From Narcine bancroftii (taxonomy: Eukaryota): a DNA stretch of 64,000 nucleotides. Location: contig NC_091477.1 in the NCBI RefSeq assembly GCF_036971445.1, forward strand, positions 4,774,001-4,838,000. Direction: 5' to 3'. The notes beneath the pieces were generated by a model. It was not told the DNA's origin. It made no database searches and worked only from the letters and a program-made list of their open reading frames with translations. This document shows, piece by piece, positions 25,508-39,419 of this stretch (its first letter is position 1; each line of letters opens with the position of its first letter). The position numbers and the translations under genes were made by a program.

Positions 25508-26859
25508 TGCTAAATTACCATGATGTTCCACATCATTCATTTGCCATAATGCCCAGCTTAATTGCAATAATTTCTTTTGTTATCAAGGAATGTTAGTTAT
25601 TGCAATTGAAGTTTTTAAGAAAGTATCCACAGGCGTAAAATAGTTTCCTTCTAATTTAAACTTCCGTTCAGTTGTAATGGTCTAAAATAAAAGTGTGAGA
25701 AATTTAGAATCCAATATTTTAAGATTATCATCTGTTAATTTTGAATGAAATTCTAACGCTCCGTCAATTAAAGACGCAATCAACTGGTTTTTATCGGAAT
25801 GATTATGTAATGAAATTTGATGTGTGGATCGAGTTATGTGTTTTAACATTAATAATTGAAAATGCGATCAATATAGAAATATGGTTTCATACGATCCACA
25901 CGAATGTCAAAATTGAAGACACAAATATAGGATCAAAGGTAGATTCCTGAAACTCTAACTTAAAACTAGAACCTGCAGGAAACACTCAAGATGTCCTTCT
26001 ACCCTTTGCAGGTGAAAATAACTCGTTCCAACAGTATGCCTTCTCCATCATAGATATCACTCGCCTCCCTTTTTAAAAATTCCATAGAAAAATTTATGGA
26101 TTCTCTTTTCTTCCATCAATCCTTCCCATCCTTCAGCGCTTTCCCTTCGACCTGTAGGAAATGCAATGTGAGTCCTTTTAAAACAAAAATATTTGCTTGC
26201 CTCTACTCAGCAAGTTTTCAGATGAAACTTTGTCGACAGCGAATAAAGTTTTCAGAACTTGCAGAGGGATCAGGACCAGCTGAAAGTATGGGGTGAAATT
26301 GGCAGATGGCATTTCATGCAGAGAAGTTTGAGATGTTGCTTCTTGGAAGGACAAACCAAGATAGGAAACATTCGTTCTGTGTTCTATAGACGCAAAGCTT
26401 ATTGTAAAGTACAACATAGAACACGACAGCTTAGTACAGACTCTTCGGCCCTCGATCTAGCACTAACCCATATATTCTTCAAATTATGCACTCAAACCAC
26501 CCTACCCCATCAACCTCTAATTTACTCTCATTCATGTGCGTGTTGTAGAGTCTCTAAATGCCCCTAATTTTTCCGCCTCTCCCACCGTCCCTCGCAAGGC
26601 ATTCCAGGCACCCATAAATATCTGCAGAATACACGTAGCCCTGATATTTCCCCTGAACCTCCCTCTTTTCACGTTTTGCCTACGTCTTCTGCTGTTTGTT
26701 ATTCCTGCTCTGGGAAATAGGTGGTGGCTGCCCATTGTATCTAAGCCTCTCATTCATACAAATGTCTACCATGTGTCCTCCCATCCTTGTATTCTACAGA
26801 GATAAAATTCCTTGTTTGATTAGCCTTGCTTCATAAGACATGTTTTCCAATCCAAGCCA

Positions 26860-29575
26860 CATAAGTTCTAAAATATTAATACCTGAAATTTGAAAGTGGT
26901 CTTATCAGGCAAGAATAGATTCGGTACTCTGGTATTCACTGTAGATGAAAAGGGCGAGAGGGACCTTGCATGAGTTACTGTCCCAGAGGATTCTAAAACA
27001 CAGCAGCAATAGAGATTCATCAAGCCAAGTGTTTACTTAAACAAACATTTGTTTTAATTTTCTTTGAACATAAAAACAGGATCAAACTTTAACTTATTAC
27101 TATTAAATTAACTTAACCTGACATAATCTCCTTACGTTTCTAAATCACGTGCAAGTAATGTGCATATTCTCAGAAAAGTTATTTGATTCACATTCCAATC
27201 TTACTTCTCACTCCTTTAGGTTCACTTGTATCAAGCAATTCTCATACTGTGCACAGAATGTAACATTTCTGAATTTTCACCGGGCGCTAGTGAAAAGGTA
27301 AATGGTTACTTCTCAGGAAGTGTTTAGATGGATTCAGAGAGAGATTTGATGCTCGATGAACTGATTTCCCACGATCAGTAATTCAGTATCTTCCAAATGA
27401 TAATCTTTTCTTCCAGGTTATCCCTTATTTCAGGATAAATATTCTAGCCAGCCATATCCTGTTGAAACGACTACAGGGGGTTTTCAAATGGTTCAATTCA
27501 GAAACTACAAACCATATTAAAAATGGGGTTTCAAACANNNNNNNNNNNNNNNNNNNNNNNNNNNNNNNNNNNNNNNNNNNNNNNNNNNNNNNNNNNNNNN
27601 NNNNNNNNNNNNNNNNNNNNNNNNNNNNNNNNNNNNNNNNNNNNNNNNNNNNNNNNNNNNNNNNNNNNNNNNNNNNNNNATAACAATGTATCCCAATGTT
27701 GAGAGTTTATATTTCTTTACCTGTTCAATTTTAATTTCTTGACAAACAATCTGCTATTACATTTATTTGTACCTTAGATATTATTAATTTGCAGATTATA
27801 TTCTTGCAAAACTAAACACCATTTTAACAATCTTCTGCATTTATTCTTCGTTTTATTAAAAAACACCAGAGTGCTGTGTCCAGTAAATATCCTAAATGGT
27901 TCATGAGTGGTACCCAGATACACATCAACATTCTACACAGCACGTATTATAGATAACAGTTCCTTTCCAATACTAGAATAGTTCCTTTGATGAACATTGA
28001 AATTCTTCGAAACGTAGGCAATGGTAAGGCCAATTTTATGATTTTGTAATAAAATTATACCTGGTTCTCCCTCACTGGCATCTACTTGTAAAGAAAAAGC
28101 TGGAGATTTTAAAAGTGGGCAATGGCATAGCATCTCCTTTAAATTTTCTAAAATTCTCTAACAAACTTTCGTCCACACGAATTTCTCCCATTTTTTCAAA
28201 ACATTGGTTGAATGAATGTTAACGTCAGTAAACGTTTTATAAAATATCCTAGAATTTTAAAGTTACTCAGTGCTTTCTTGCCCTTGGGAATAGGACATTC
28301 AGAAATTGCATACACTTAGTTTGAATAGGTGCAACTTTGCCACGACCCGCTACATGAGCTAAGTACGTCAGTAGCACGTTCTATTACACTTTGAGGTAAA
28401 CTGACAGTTAAGCTTCCTTTGGATAATCATGCAAATAATTTGTCCATTTCTCTCAGGCGTTCTTCCCTTGTGCCACTTTTTGTGACAAAGTTATCAAAAT
28501 AAGCATCTGTATGTGTCAAAATTTTGATTCCCGTATTTATCATCCTTGGGATGTTGCACGGACATATTCCATGCCATAAGGTATCAAATTATATTCATAT
28601 AAACCAGATGGTGTCACAAATGCAGAAATAATCCTTCCTCTATCTGTTAGTGCCACACACCAGTAAACTTTCACAAATCCACTTTAGTAATAAATTTAGC
28701 TTTCCCAATTTTATTAATATAATCATAATTTTTAGGAATAGGACAAGTATCCGCTTTAGTTACTGAATTAACTTCCTTATAACCTGTCCCAGAACACAAG
28801 GAAAACTCCAATCTGAGTTTGAAGGTCTAATAATAAAATTTCTCAAGATATATTTCACTTCTTAATCGATGATTTTACTCTTCTGAATGTTTATTCTATG
28901 TGGGTGTTCGTTTATTGGACTTGCTTCTCCAACATCCACATCATAACGAATCACTGACGTCCTTTTAGGCACATCAGGAAACAAATTTGCAATTTTCGAA
29001 AGTAAATACTTTAATGCTTCTGTTCTTCAGATTTAAGATTTTCCTTCAGATTTTCCAAAATTGTTGAGTTAGACAGGCGCACAGGAACTAGGGTTTTTTA
29101 AGGTTACTCTCGAAAGATTCTGATGCTTAATCGCATTAACCTAACTTCTTCAACACTGCCAACAACTAACACCTCTGATATAAACTGTTCCCTACTACCT
29201 TTACCTCATAATAATGTTTGAACATATTTATTTGTCACACCTCAGTTTTATTCCTCCTATCAGGAGTGTTAACATCATTCATTTTCTATTGCACTTCACA
29301 TGGTCCAGAAAATTGCGCACTCAGGGGATTGTCATTTGTTAGGAACAAAATTAACAATTTACTTTTTGTATTAAAAATCCTCACTTGTGCTTTCCTGTAA
29401 AATAAACGCTTCATTGTACTGTGAGCCATTTCTAATTCTCTTAAGCCAAATTTCACACTTTTTGTAACTGATCTTTAAATTTAGAAACATAATCCAGCAA
29501 GTAAAACTGTACATCCTCATGAACCCACCGTTTTTTAATAACACTAAAGGTCCTCTAATCTGAAGTCAAACCCAT
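26860..29575 (-). mobile_element. Gypsy (Gmr1-like) relic, cassette copy 3 (gap at 27538-27679)
   Basis: RNase H fragment at 27933-28133; paralogous to 8590-11740. Confidence 0.8.
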
Positions 29576-32365
29576 CTCGCTAACAATCCCAATTAAAAAG
29601 ATTTTTTGATCCAAAGAAAATGTTATTTTCAAAATATTTTGTAAACTATCTCTTACTCTATAGCAAAAAACACTAACGTTATCACAAGGCCCCTAATGAG
29701 TGTAAAAACGTACCTCTCTGATCATTTCACCGAAAGCACAGATCTGAAGCACTCTGCTGATATCTTTTCAAACGTTCTGGGGTAAAGAATATTTGATGTA
29801 TATAATTATCAATTACCAGTTTATACCTAATATTTACTAATTTTATCATACTATCTCTACAAATATTCATCCCATGATCATTTTCAAATTTAACCACCAA
29901 ATTCTTCTCCCATTTAAATCGGGATTTATGCAACTCAATCTTAGGCATTTACTGCTGCAGTAATGTATATGTTTCAGAAATAAAACCCTTCTTCCGTCCA
30001 TCCTGGACCAACACTTCATTTCGATTCTTCAGGTAAAAGCAAATCTCTCCCGAAATAATCAAACAACATTGATTTAATTTGTTTATAACAAAAAAAAGGT
30101 GTGAATAGGGATTTGATATTTTTCCTTCAACCTTTCAAATGGTACAAAATGATTCAATTCAAAGCAGTCATTTACCATTGTAATTCCTTTCTGATTCCAA
30201 ATCTTAAAAAGGTTATTATGAACCATAAACCATAAAAGGTTATTTATTCTGAAACAGAAGTGTATATCTTGATTAACTTGATTCAACTTGATTAACAACA
30301 TTTTTACATATTATTCCCAAATACATATTCTTTTTTTTGGCTTGGCTCAAAAACGAATATTTATGGAGGGGAATGTCCACGTATGCTGCAGGCTCATTGG
30401 TGACTGACAAGTCCGATGTGGGACAGGCAGGCACGGTTGCAATGGTTGCAAGGGAAAATTGGATGGTTGGGGTTGGGTGTTGGGTTTTTTCTCCTTTGTC
30501 TTTTGTCAGTGAGGTGGGCTCTGCGGTCTTCGTCAAAGGAGGTTGATGGCTGCCAAACTGTGAGGCACCAAGATGCACGGTTGGAGGCGATATCAGCCCA
30601 CTGGCGGTGGTCAATGTGGCAGGCACCAAGAGAGTTCTTTAAGCAGTCCTTGTACCTCTTCTTTGGTGCACCTCTGTGTGGTGGCCAGTGGAGAGCTGGC
30701 CATAGAACACGATATATTAATGAGATAAAATAGGTGCCTTCTAACTGCTAATTAATTTACCATTCCATTTATAGATAAAATAATCTCTTCCATCTTCTCC
30801 AATTCTCTTCAATTCTACATCTAGCCAATAACAGGACTAACTAAGTCAAACGTTCTATTTATAATTTTTAATTGAGTGGCTTTATAATAATTTTAAAAAT
30901 TCAGTAGTTGCAAAACACCTAACTCATATTTCTATGTTAATCTATGCATAGAAACCGTTGCTAATTTTCCCTTCCATTAAAAAGGTCGAAACCATTGCAA
31001 TCAGATCCCTAAAATAACTTTTTGGTACATTACAAGGAATATTTTGAAAAACAAAATACTGGTCTAGGAAATATATTCATTTTTATACAGTTCACACTAC
31101 CCACTAATGTTAAAGGTAAATCCTTCGATTTGTTTCAATCTTCTTTTATTACGGACATTAATAACAAATAATTTAATTCAAATAATTGATTTTATCTTTT
31201 TTCACTTTAATAACTAAATACTTAGTGTGATTTGACCATTTAAAGTCTCCCCCTCCTTTACAACCAGAATAATCAGCCTCAGACAATGGCATAAGTTCAC
31301 TCTTATTCGAATTCACTTTATAACCAGATAATTCCCCATATTGCAATAACTTGTTCTGTAACACCTTCAATGACTTTTGAGTCTGTTAAGTGTACTAATA
31401 TATCATCTGCAAATAAACTAATCTTACAACCATCAATCCTGATTGAATCCTGTTTATATAACTTTCCTGTCTTATTAATTTAGCTAAAGAATCAAACACC
31501 AATGCAAACAATACAGGTGATAAAGAGCACCCCTGACTCATAGATCTCTCCAAATTAAAAGATTCAGATAAGACTCAATTTGTCATAACTCTAGCATTGG
31601 GTTGTTTATATATTGCCTCAATCCAATGAATAAACATTGATGCAAACCGAAATTTCTCCAATATTTTAAATTAAAAAAATAAAACATTCCACCCTATCAA
31701 ATGCTTTTTCGGCATCCAATGATAAGACCACTTGAACTTGGATTGCTCCCAAGAAATATTTACTAAACTAATTTAACTACATTATCTGCAAATATCTACC
31801 CTTAATAAAACAAGTCTGAACAATATGATCAACTTTGGTAAATACTGTGCCAGTCTATTTGCCAAAATCTTAGTCAAACTTTTATACTCAACATTCAATA
31901 ATGAAATTGGTCTATAAGAGCCAGGATGCAAAAGGTTTTTTTTAAATCTTTTTTTAAGGATGATTGTTATAATTGTTTGTGAAATTATTTCGTCACAGAT
32001 CATGTATCTGAAATTTGTTGTAAATCTTCACCAAACACTGGAAGCACTAAATGTTGGAATTTATTTTAAAATTCCAGAATAAACCCATCTTCTCCTGGAG
32101 ATTTACCATTTGGCATTGAATTCAAAACTGATTTAATTTCTCTCGAAACAATTGGTTTCTTCAATTTTTCCATAGTTTAATCATTCAATATTGGTAACTT
32201 GAATCTGATTTAAAAATTCTCTATTTTGTTCTCATCTTCTCATACTTCAGAAGTATGTAGTTTTTAATATAAAATTATTTAAATTATTTGTTAATATTTT
32301 GAGGTCCATAAGAAACTTCCGAATTTTTATTAACTGCTTTTATCATTCTAGATATTTGCTTAGAT
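29576..32365 (-). mobile_element. L1 ORF2 relic upstream of gene 4 (interrupted by a short RTE)
   Basis: PGSYRPISLLNVEYKSLTKILANRL (31782-32003), YGELSGYKVNSNKSE (31173-31370). Confidence 0.85.
30330..30713 (-). mobile_element. RTE-clade LINE, short 3' fragment
   Basis: Homologous to the RTE 3' end; ATATT direct repeat at 30325-30329 and 30714-30718. Confidence 0.9.
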
Positions 32366-32481
32366 ATAAATTGCAAAGCCAAATCATAATATTTCTGATT
32401 AGAACTTTATAATAGCCTAAGGCGTAACCATTCATTTTGTCGTTTATGGCTGTACAACATTAAACATTTAACAACATAGTC

Positions 32482-32590
32482 TAGCTTTAAGAATTGTCGC
32501 TGCAGTTATTGAAAAGGACTGACAGCGTCGCTGTCTACCAATGGAAAGCTCTTATTGTTGGATGGATCCATTCCCCGCCCACACCTCTGC
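32482..32590 (+). promoter_or_regulatory. Pcdh promoter/CSE of pseudogene 4 (intact)
   Basis: CTTTAAGAA at 32485, GCGTCGCTGTCTACCAATGG at 32525-32544, GGATCCATT, CCCCGCCC. Confidence 0.85.
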
Positions 32591-32782
32591 ACAAAATAGA
32601 GGAGTCGACCAGAAGGCGAGCAGAGCTCAAGTTTAGATCGTGGAATCGGACGGAGGTGGATAAATCACTTGCTGTTTCGATTCGACATTTAGAGTATTGA
32701 CATTCACATTATTTTGGTCAGAACCATTTTTCGGATTAATCGAGTCGAGGCCTGGATTTGCAAAATAATTCACTGCGGAACA

Positions 32783-35700
32783 ATGGCGTACCCACTGTGG
32801 TTTGCCTTCAATCTGCTTGCATGCGCGTTTCTGACATGTATACCAGATTTAATTACTGGCCAAATTCGTTATTCAATTCACGAGGAATTGGAAGAAGGGG
32901 CATTTGTCGGGAATATCGCTCAGGATTTGGGACTGAATGTCCGGCAATTGTCCACTCGCAAATTACGCCTGGCCCCTGTCGCCGGTGGACGGTACATGAA
33001 GGTTAGTTTGGATAATGGGCTTTTGTCTATTCGTGAAAGAATCGACCGGGAACATATTTGTGGACAGGCAGTTGTGTGTATTTTACCTTTCGAAACCACA
33101 CTGGAAAATCCCTTGGAGGTTCATCGCGGCGAACTGGAGATTCTTGATGTAAATGACAATTCCCCGGTTTTCCGCGACGGCAGCTTTTCTTTGAAGATGT
33201 CCGAAGCAATTACACCTGGAATACGCTTCCGCCTCGAGGGCGCAGAAGATCAGGATATTGGGATAAATACTGTCGCCGGCGACACAATCAATTCCAGTGA
33301 GTCTTCTTTTCTTCTTTGGCTTGGCTTCGCGGACGAAGATTTATGGAAGGGGTAAAAAGTCCACGTCAACTGCAGGCTCGTTTGTGGCTGACCAGTCCGA
33401 TGCGGGACAGGCAGACACGATTGCAGCGGTTGCAAGGGAAAATTGGTTGGTTGGGGTTGGGTGTTGGGTTTTTCCTCCTTTGCCTTTTGTCAGTGAGGTG
33501 GGCTCTGCGGTCTTCTTCAAAGGAGGCTGCTGCCCGCCAAACTGTGAGGCGCCAAGATGCACGGTTTGAGGCGTTATCAGCCCACTGGCGGTGGTCAATG
33601 TGGCAGGCACCAAGAGATTTCTTTAGGCAGTCCTTGTACCTTTTCTTTGGTGCACCTCTGTCACGGTGGCCAGTGGAGAGCTCGCCATATAATACGATCT
33701 TGGGAAGGCGATGGTCCTCCATTCTGGAGACGTGACCCATCCAGCGCAGCTGGATCTTCAGCAGCGTGGACTCGATGCTGTCGACCTCTGCCATCTCGAG
33801 TACCTCGACGTTAGGGGTGTGAGCGCTCCAATGGATGTTGAGGATGGAGCGGAGACAACGCTGGTGGAAGCGTTCTAGGAGCCGTAGGTGGTGCCGGTAG
33901 AGGACCCATGATTCGGAGCCGAACAGGAGTGTGGGTATGACAACGGCTCTGTATACGCTTATCTTTGTGAGGTTTTTCAGTTGGTTGTTTTTCCAGACTC
34001 TTTTGTGTAGTCTTCCAAAGGCGCTATTTGCCTTGGCGAGTCTGTTGTCTATCTCATTGTCGATCCTTGCATCTGATGAAATGGTGCAGCCGAGATAGGT
34101 AAACTGGTTGACCGTTTTGAGTTTTGTGTGCCCGATGGAGATGTGGGGGGGCTGGTAGTCATGGTGGGGAGCTGGCTGATGGAGGACCTCAGTTTTCTTC
34201 AGGCTGACTTCCAGGCCAAACATTTTGGCAGTTTCCGCAAAGCAGGACGTCAAGCGCTGAAGAGCTGGCTCTGAATGGGCAACTAAAGCGGCATCATCTG
34301 CAAAGAGTAGTTCACGGACAAGTTTCTCTTGTGTCTTGGTGTGAGCTTGTAGGCGCCTCAGATTGAAGAGACTGCCATCCGTGCGGTACCGGATGTAAAC
34401 AGCGTCTTCATTGTTGGGGTCTTTCATGGCTTGGTTCAGCATCATGCTGAAGAAGATTGAAAAGAGGGTTGGTGCGAGAACACAGCCTTGCTTCACGCCA
34501 TTGTTAATGGAGAAGGGTTCAGAGAGCTCATTGCTGTATCTGACCCGACCTTGTTGGTTTTCGTGCAGTTGGATAATCATGTTGAGGAACTTTGGGGGAC
34601 ATCCGATGCGCTCTAGTATTTGCCAAAGCCCTTTCCTGCTCACGGTGTCGAAGGCTTTGGTGAGGTCAACAAAGGTAATGTAGAGTCCTTTGTTTTGTTC
34701 TCTGCACTTTTCTTGGAGCTGTCTGAGGGCAAAGACCATGTCAGTGGTTCCTCTGTTTGCGCGAAAGCCGCACTGTGATTCTGGGAGAATATTCTCAGCG
34801 ACACTAGGTATTATTCTATTTAGTAGAATCCTAGCGAAGATTTTGCCTGCAATGGAGAGCAACGTGATTCCCCTGTAGTTTGAGCAGTCTGATTTCTCGC
34901 CTTTGTTTTTGTACAGGGTGATGATGGTGGCATCACGAAGATCCTGAGGCAGTTTACCTTGGTCCCAACAAAGCTTGAAAAACTCATGCAGTTTGGCATG
35001 CAGAGTTTTGCCGCCAGCCTTCCAGACTTCTGGGGGGATTCCATCCATACCTGCTGCTTTGCCACTTTTCAGTTGTTCGATTGCCTTATATGTCTCATCC
35101 AGGGTGGGAACCTCATCCAGCTCTAGCCTTAGGGGCTGTTGAGGGAGCTGGAGCAGGGCGGAATCTTGGACTGAGCGGTTGGTACTGAAAAGAGATTGGA
35201 AGTGTTCTGACCATCGGTTGAGGATGGAGATCTTGTCGCTGAGGAGGACTTTGCCGTCTGAGCTGCGCAGCGGGCTTTGGACTTGGGGTGAGGGGCCGTA
35301 CACAGCCTTTAGAGCCTCGTAGAAACCCCTGAAGTCGCCAATGTCCGCGCTGAGCTGTGTTCGTTTGGCGAGGCTAGTCCACCACTCATTTTGGATCTCC
35401 CGGAGTTTGCGCTGAAGATGGCTGCATGCGCGACGGAAGGCTTGTTTCTTCTCTGGACAGGACGGCTTTGTAAGGTGAGCCTGGTGGGCAGCTCGCTTCT
35501 TTGCCAGCAGCTCCTGGATTTCAGTCTAAAAACGCAGCTCAACGATGACCGTGTTATAAGTGCAGAGTTGGTGTTAGAGAAATCTTTGGACCGAGAGCGG
35601 CAATCATCGTTTCATTTGTTGCTTACGGCCACTGACGGTGGGATTCCTCAAAGGTCCGGTACCGCTCAGATTCTCATTACAAGACTGGACATCAATGATA

Positions 35701-37375
35701 ATCCACCTATATTCGAGCATGATGCCTACAAAGGCAGCCTCAGTGAAAACGCACTGCCAGGTACCTCAGTGTTGAAAGTTAATGCAAACGATTTGGACGA
35801 GGGGGTGAATGCTGAGATAACATATTCTTTCAGTGATCGTACCCTGAGACGAATACGTGATATATTCATCATAGACCCAGATACAGGAGAGATTCGGCTC
35901 GAAGGACGGCTGGATTTTTGAAGAAGCAAACACCTATTCGCTCGATGTTCAAGCTGTGGACCACGGTATCCCTGCGATTACAGGATACTCAAAAGTGCTG
36001 ATCAAGGTAATTGATGTGAACGACAACGCCCCCGAGATAACATTGACATCAACATTTAACAAAATCACGGAAGATGCTCCTCCAGGAACATTCATAACCT
36101 TGATCAATGTTATCGATCGCGATTCTGGAGAAAATGGTCGAGTTCGGTGTGAAACACCGAAGAACATCCCTTTCAAGCTTCAAACATCATCTGACAAATT
36201 TAAACTAATTTCTAGTGAAGCGTTGGACCGTGAGGCGATCTCTGAGTACAAGATTCCTGTTTCAGCCTGGGAGAAGGGATCCCCTTCACTGTCAACAAAT
36301 AAAACCATCCATGTCACAATTTCCGATGTAAATGATAACGCCCCACAGTTTACGGAGCCTTCCTACAACATTTATGTGATAGAAAACAACGGCCCTGGTG
36401 TTTCTATATTCGCGGTTACAGCGTTCGATCCTGATTTGGACCAGAATTCCTATGTTTCATACTCTCTTCTGGCCAATCATATGGGAGACTTGCCAGTGTC
36501 CAGTTATATCAGCATTAACTCGATGAACGGTACCATTTACGCGCTGCGCCCATTCGATTACGAGAAATTAAAGACCTTCCAGATCCAGGTTCAAGCCCGT
36601 GACGCCTGTGTGCCCCCGCTGAGCAGCAGCGCTGCGGTAAATGTGATCATCCTGGATCAAAATGACAACGCGCCGGTAATTGTTTCACCTTCACCATCGG
36701 GTGGATGAGAAGCAGTGGAGATTGTGCCCCATTTAGCGAGTCAATGCTACCTGGTGACCAGGGTAATGGCTACAGATGCAGATTCCGGGCAGAACGCACG
36801 GCTGTCATATCAGATGCTCAAATCGTCTGATTCTAGCTTGTTCAACGTTGGACGAAACTCCGGTGAAATCAGAACTGCTCGCAATATTTTGCAGTCAGAT
36901 AGCAGCTCACAGACTTTGGTGATATTGGTGATGGACAACGGGCAGCCAAGCCTCTCAAACACGGTTACAATTCACATTACAGCTGTGGAGAACATCACCG
37001 AAAAAATAAGGGAAAGTAGTAAATTAGTGAAGAATCCGGAATACGTTACCAATCGAAATCTTTATTTGATCGTCATTTTCGGTTGCACGTCCATTGCCTT
37101 TCTGTTGATCATCGTTCTGTTGATTGGCATCGTGTAAGCAGGACAGAACTGTCATCCAGGAGTACAATTACCCCAGTTATTGTTACAAAGGCGGAGATTC
37201 GCGCGTCACGTTGAACCGGGGAGCTGCAATGGAGGAAACTTTGCTCTATCCCGGGACTGGCCAGGTAATCCGCGTGCCAGAATTGAATCAATATTCTGTC
37301 TGCCTGTCCCCAGAATCAGCGAAAAGTGACTTTCTCTTCTTGAAGCCATGCGACGTTCCCACCTCTAAAGCCTAA
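32783..37375 (+). pseudogene. Protocadherin 4 (type B) pseudogene
   Basis: RTE insertion in EC2 (33303-35519), +1 T frameshift at ~35915-35919, TCA>TGA nonsense at 36706-36708, 2-bp deletion after the TM at ~37131. Confidence 0.93.
33303..35519 (-). mobile_element. Young RTE-clade LINE, 5'-truncated, RT reading frame uninterrupted
   Basis: Open frame from 35519 to 33366 (~717 codons): NYRGITLL, QCGFR, FVDLTKAFD, GVKQGCVLAP, LLFADD, FTYLG, C-terminal C-x2-C..H zinc finger; GAA-type short-repeat tail. Confidence 0.95.
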
Positions 37376-38089
37376 TTCTCAATTACCATGATGTTCCACA
37401 TCATTCATTTATCATGATGCCCAGCTTAATTGCAATAATTTCTTTTGTTATCAAGGAATGTTAGTTATTGCAATTGAAGTTTTTAATAAAGTATCCACAG
37501 GCGTAAAATAGTTTCGCTCTAATTTAAACTTCTGTTCAGTTGTAATGGTCTAAAATAAAAGTGTGAGAAATTTAGAATCCAATATTTTAAGATTATCATC
37601 TGTTAATTTTGAATGAAATTCTAACGCTCCGTCAATTAACGAGGCATTCAACTGGTTGTTATCGGAATGATTATGCCATGAAATTTGATATCTGGATCGA
37701 GTTATGTGTTTTAATATTAATAATTGAAAATGCGATCAATATAGAAATATGGTTGCATACGTTCCACACGAATGTTAAAATTGAGGGCACAAATATGGGA
37801 TAAAAGGTAGAATCCTGAAACTTCAATTTACAGCTAGAACCTGCAGGAAAAATTCAAGATGTCCTGATGCCCATTGCAGGGGAAAATAACTCGTTCCATG
37901 AGTATATCTTCTCCATCACAAATATTACTCGCGTCCGTTTCTAAAAATTCTAAAGGACAATTTATTGATTTTTTTTTCTTTTTTTCCATCAACCTCTCCT
38001 CATCCTTCCTTGCTTCTGCTCAGAGACATAAATATCTTTCAATGTAAACCATGGTATGCGTGCAGTTATTACAATGTATTTTACGGTCA

Positions 38090-38905
38090 TCATCACAAGA
38101 TCACAAGATAAAGGAACGGAAGTAGTCCATTCGGCCCATCGGTCTTCTCCGCAATCCACCCTGAGCTTACCATTGTCACATCTAGTTATAAATTCCGGCT
38201 TTTTCTCCATATACCTTGATGCCCCAGAGAAATTTATCTTCATCTCTGTTTTAAATGGTTGCCTTCTAATTCTAATACTATGCCCTCTTGTCCTGGATTC
38301 ACCCACCAAGTGAAACATCTTATTGACATCTGCACTGTCCAATCCTTTCAGCATTCAGAATGTTTCTATGAGATCCCCTCTCATTCTTCTATACACCAAT
38401 AAATGCACTCCAAGAGCCGATAAACCTCTCATGTTTTAGTCCTTGCATTCCAGGAATAATCCTGGTAAATCTTCTCTGCACTCTTTCCAACATAATTATA
38501 AAACCTGCATACAGTACTCCAAATGAGGACTCATCAGTGCCCTATAGAGGCTCATCATCATCTCTTTACTCTTATACACTATTGCTCTTGAAATGAATGT
38601 CAACATAGCATTCACTTTATTTACTGCCGATCCAACCTTGTGGTTCATCTCTAGGTTATCCTGCACAAGGACCTCCAAGTCCATTTGTATTTTCTAATTT
38701 TGAATTTCTCAACATCCAAATAATAATCTGCCTGTTTATTTCCTCTTCGAAAATGTTCAACCAAACATTTTTCAACATTATAACTCATCTTCCATTTCTT
38801 TGCCCACTCTCCTAAGCTGTCCAAGTCTTTCTGCAACCTTTTCGTTTCTTCAATGTTTTCTTCGCCATCACCTATCTTGGAGCATTTTCAAACTTAGCCA
38901 CAATA
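38090..38905 (-). mobile_element. CR1-clade LINE 3' fragment
   Basis: cacaagatcacaagat terminal repeat; QKDLDSLGEWAKKWKMSYNVEKC, LYRALMSPHLEYCMQ, SRTRGH on the minus strand. Confidence 0.85.
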
Positions 38906-39419
38906 CCTTCTTCACGATGTGATAAAAACATAATTCTGGAGAAACTCAGCAGGTACAGTTTATCGCCAGGATAAAGATCGGAATGTGGAGCTACTTTGGA
39001 GTAAAAAATAAGATTGTGAGATTGTTTTGCGTTCATTTCACAGGAATAAACCCGAGTTTCCAGTGGATTACCATTGTAATTCATGTCCCGCTGAGCTTTC
39101 TGTCTCGGACCTCCAGTACTGTTTCGACTAGACGCAGGCAACAACGCAAACTTGACAACATCCGACACGCTGCAAACTTCTAAAATCAATATTGAATTGC
39201 TAAGATTACTTATCATTTTATTTCTGTATTTATCAGAACTAACCATTTCTCCCTTTCATCAATATGGCATAATGTTATCTCTTTAAGTTAATATAGAGTC
39301 ATAGTGTTGCACAAAATGGACACAGCTCATTGACTAGCTACGTGAATGCTGATCGTCATGACTATCTGTACTTACAATGGTATGTGAGTGGAAAGAAAGA
39401 AGGTTAGGAACCACTGTTG

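Noticed and set aside
35391-35921. Apparent RTE-cadherin fusion ORF
   Set aside because: Chance in-frame junction from the antisense RTE; non-ATG start, no signal peptide, ends at a frameshift
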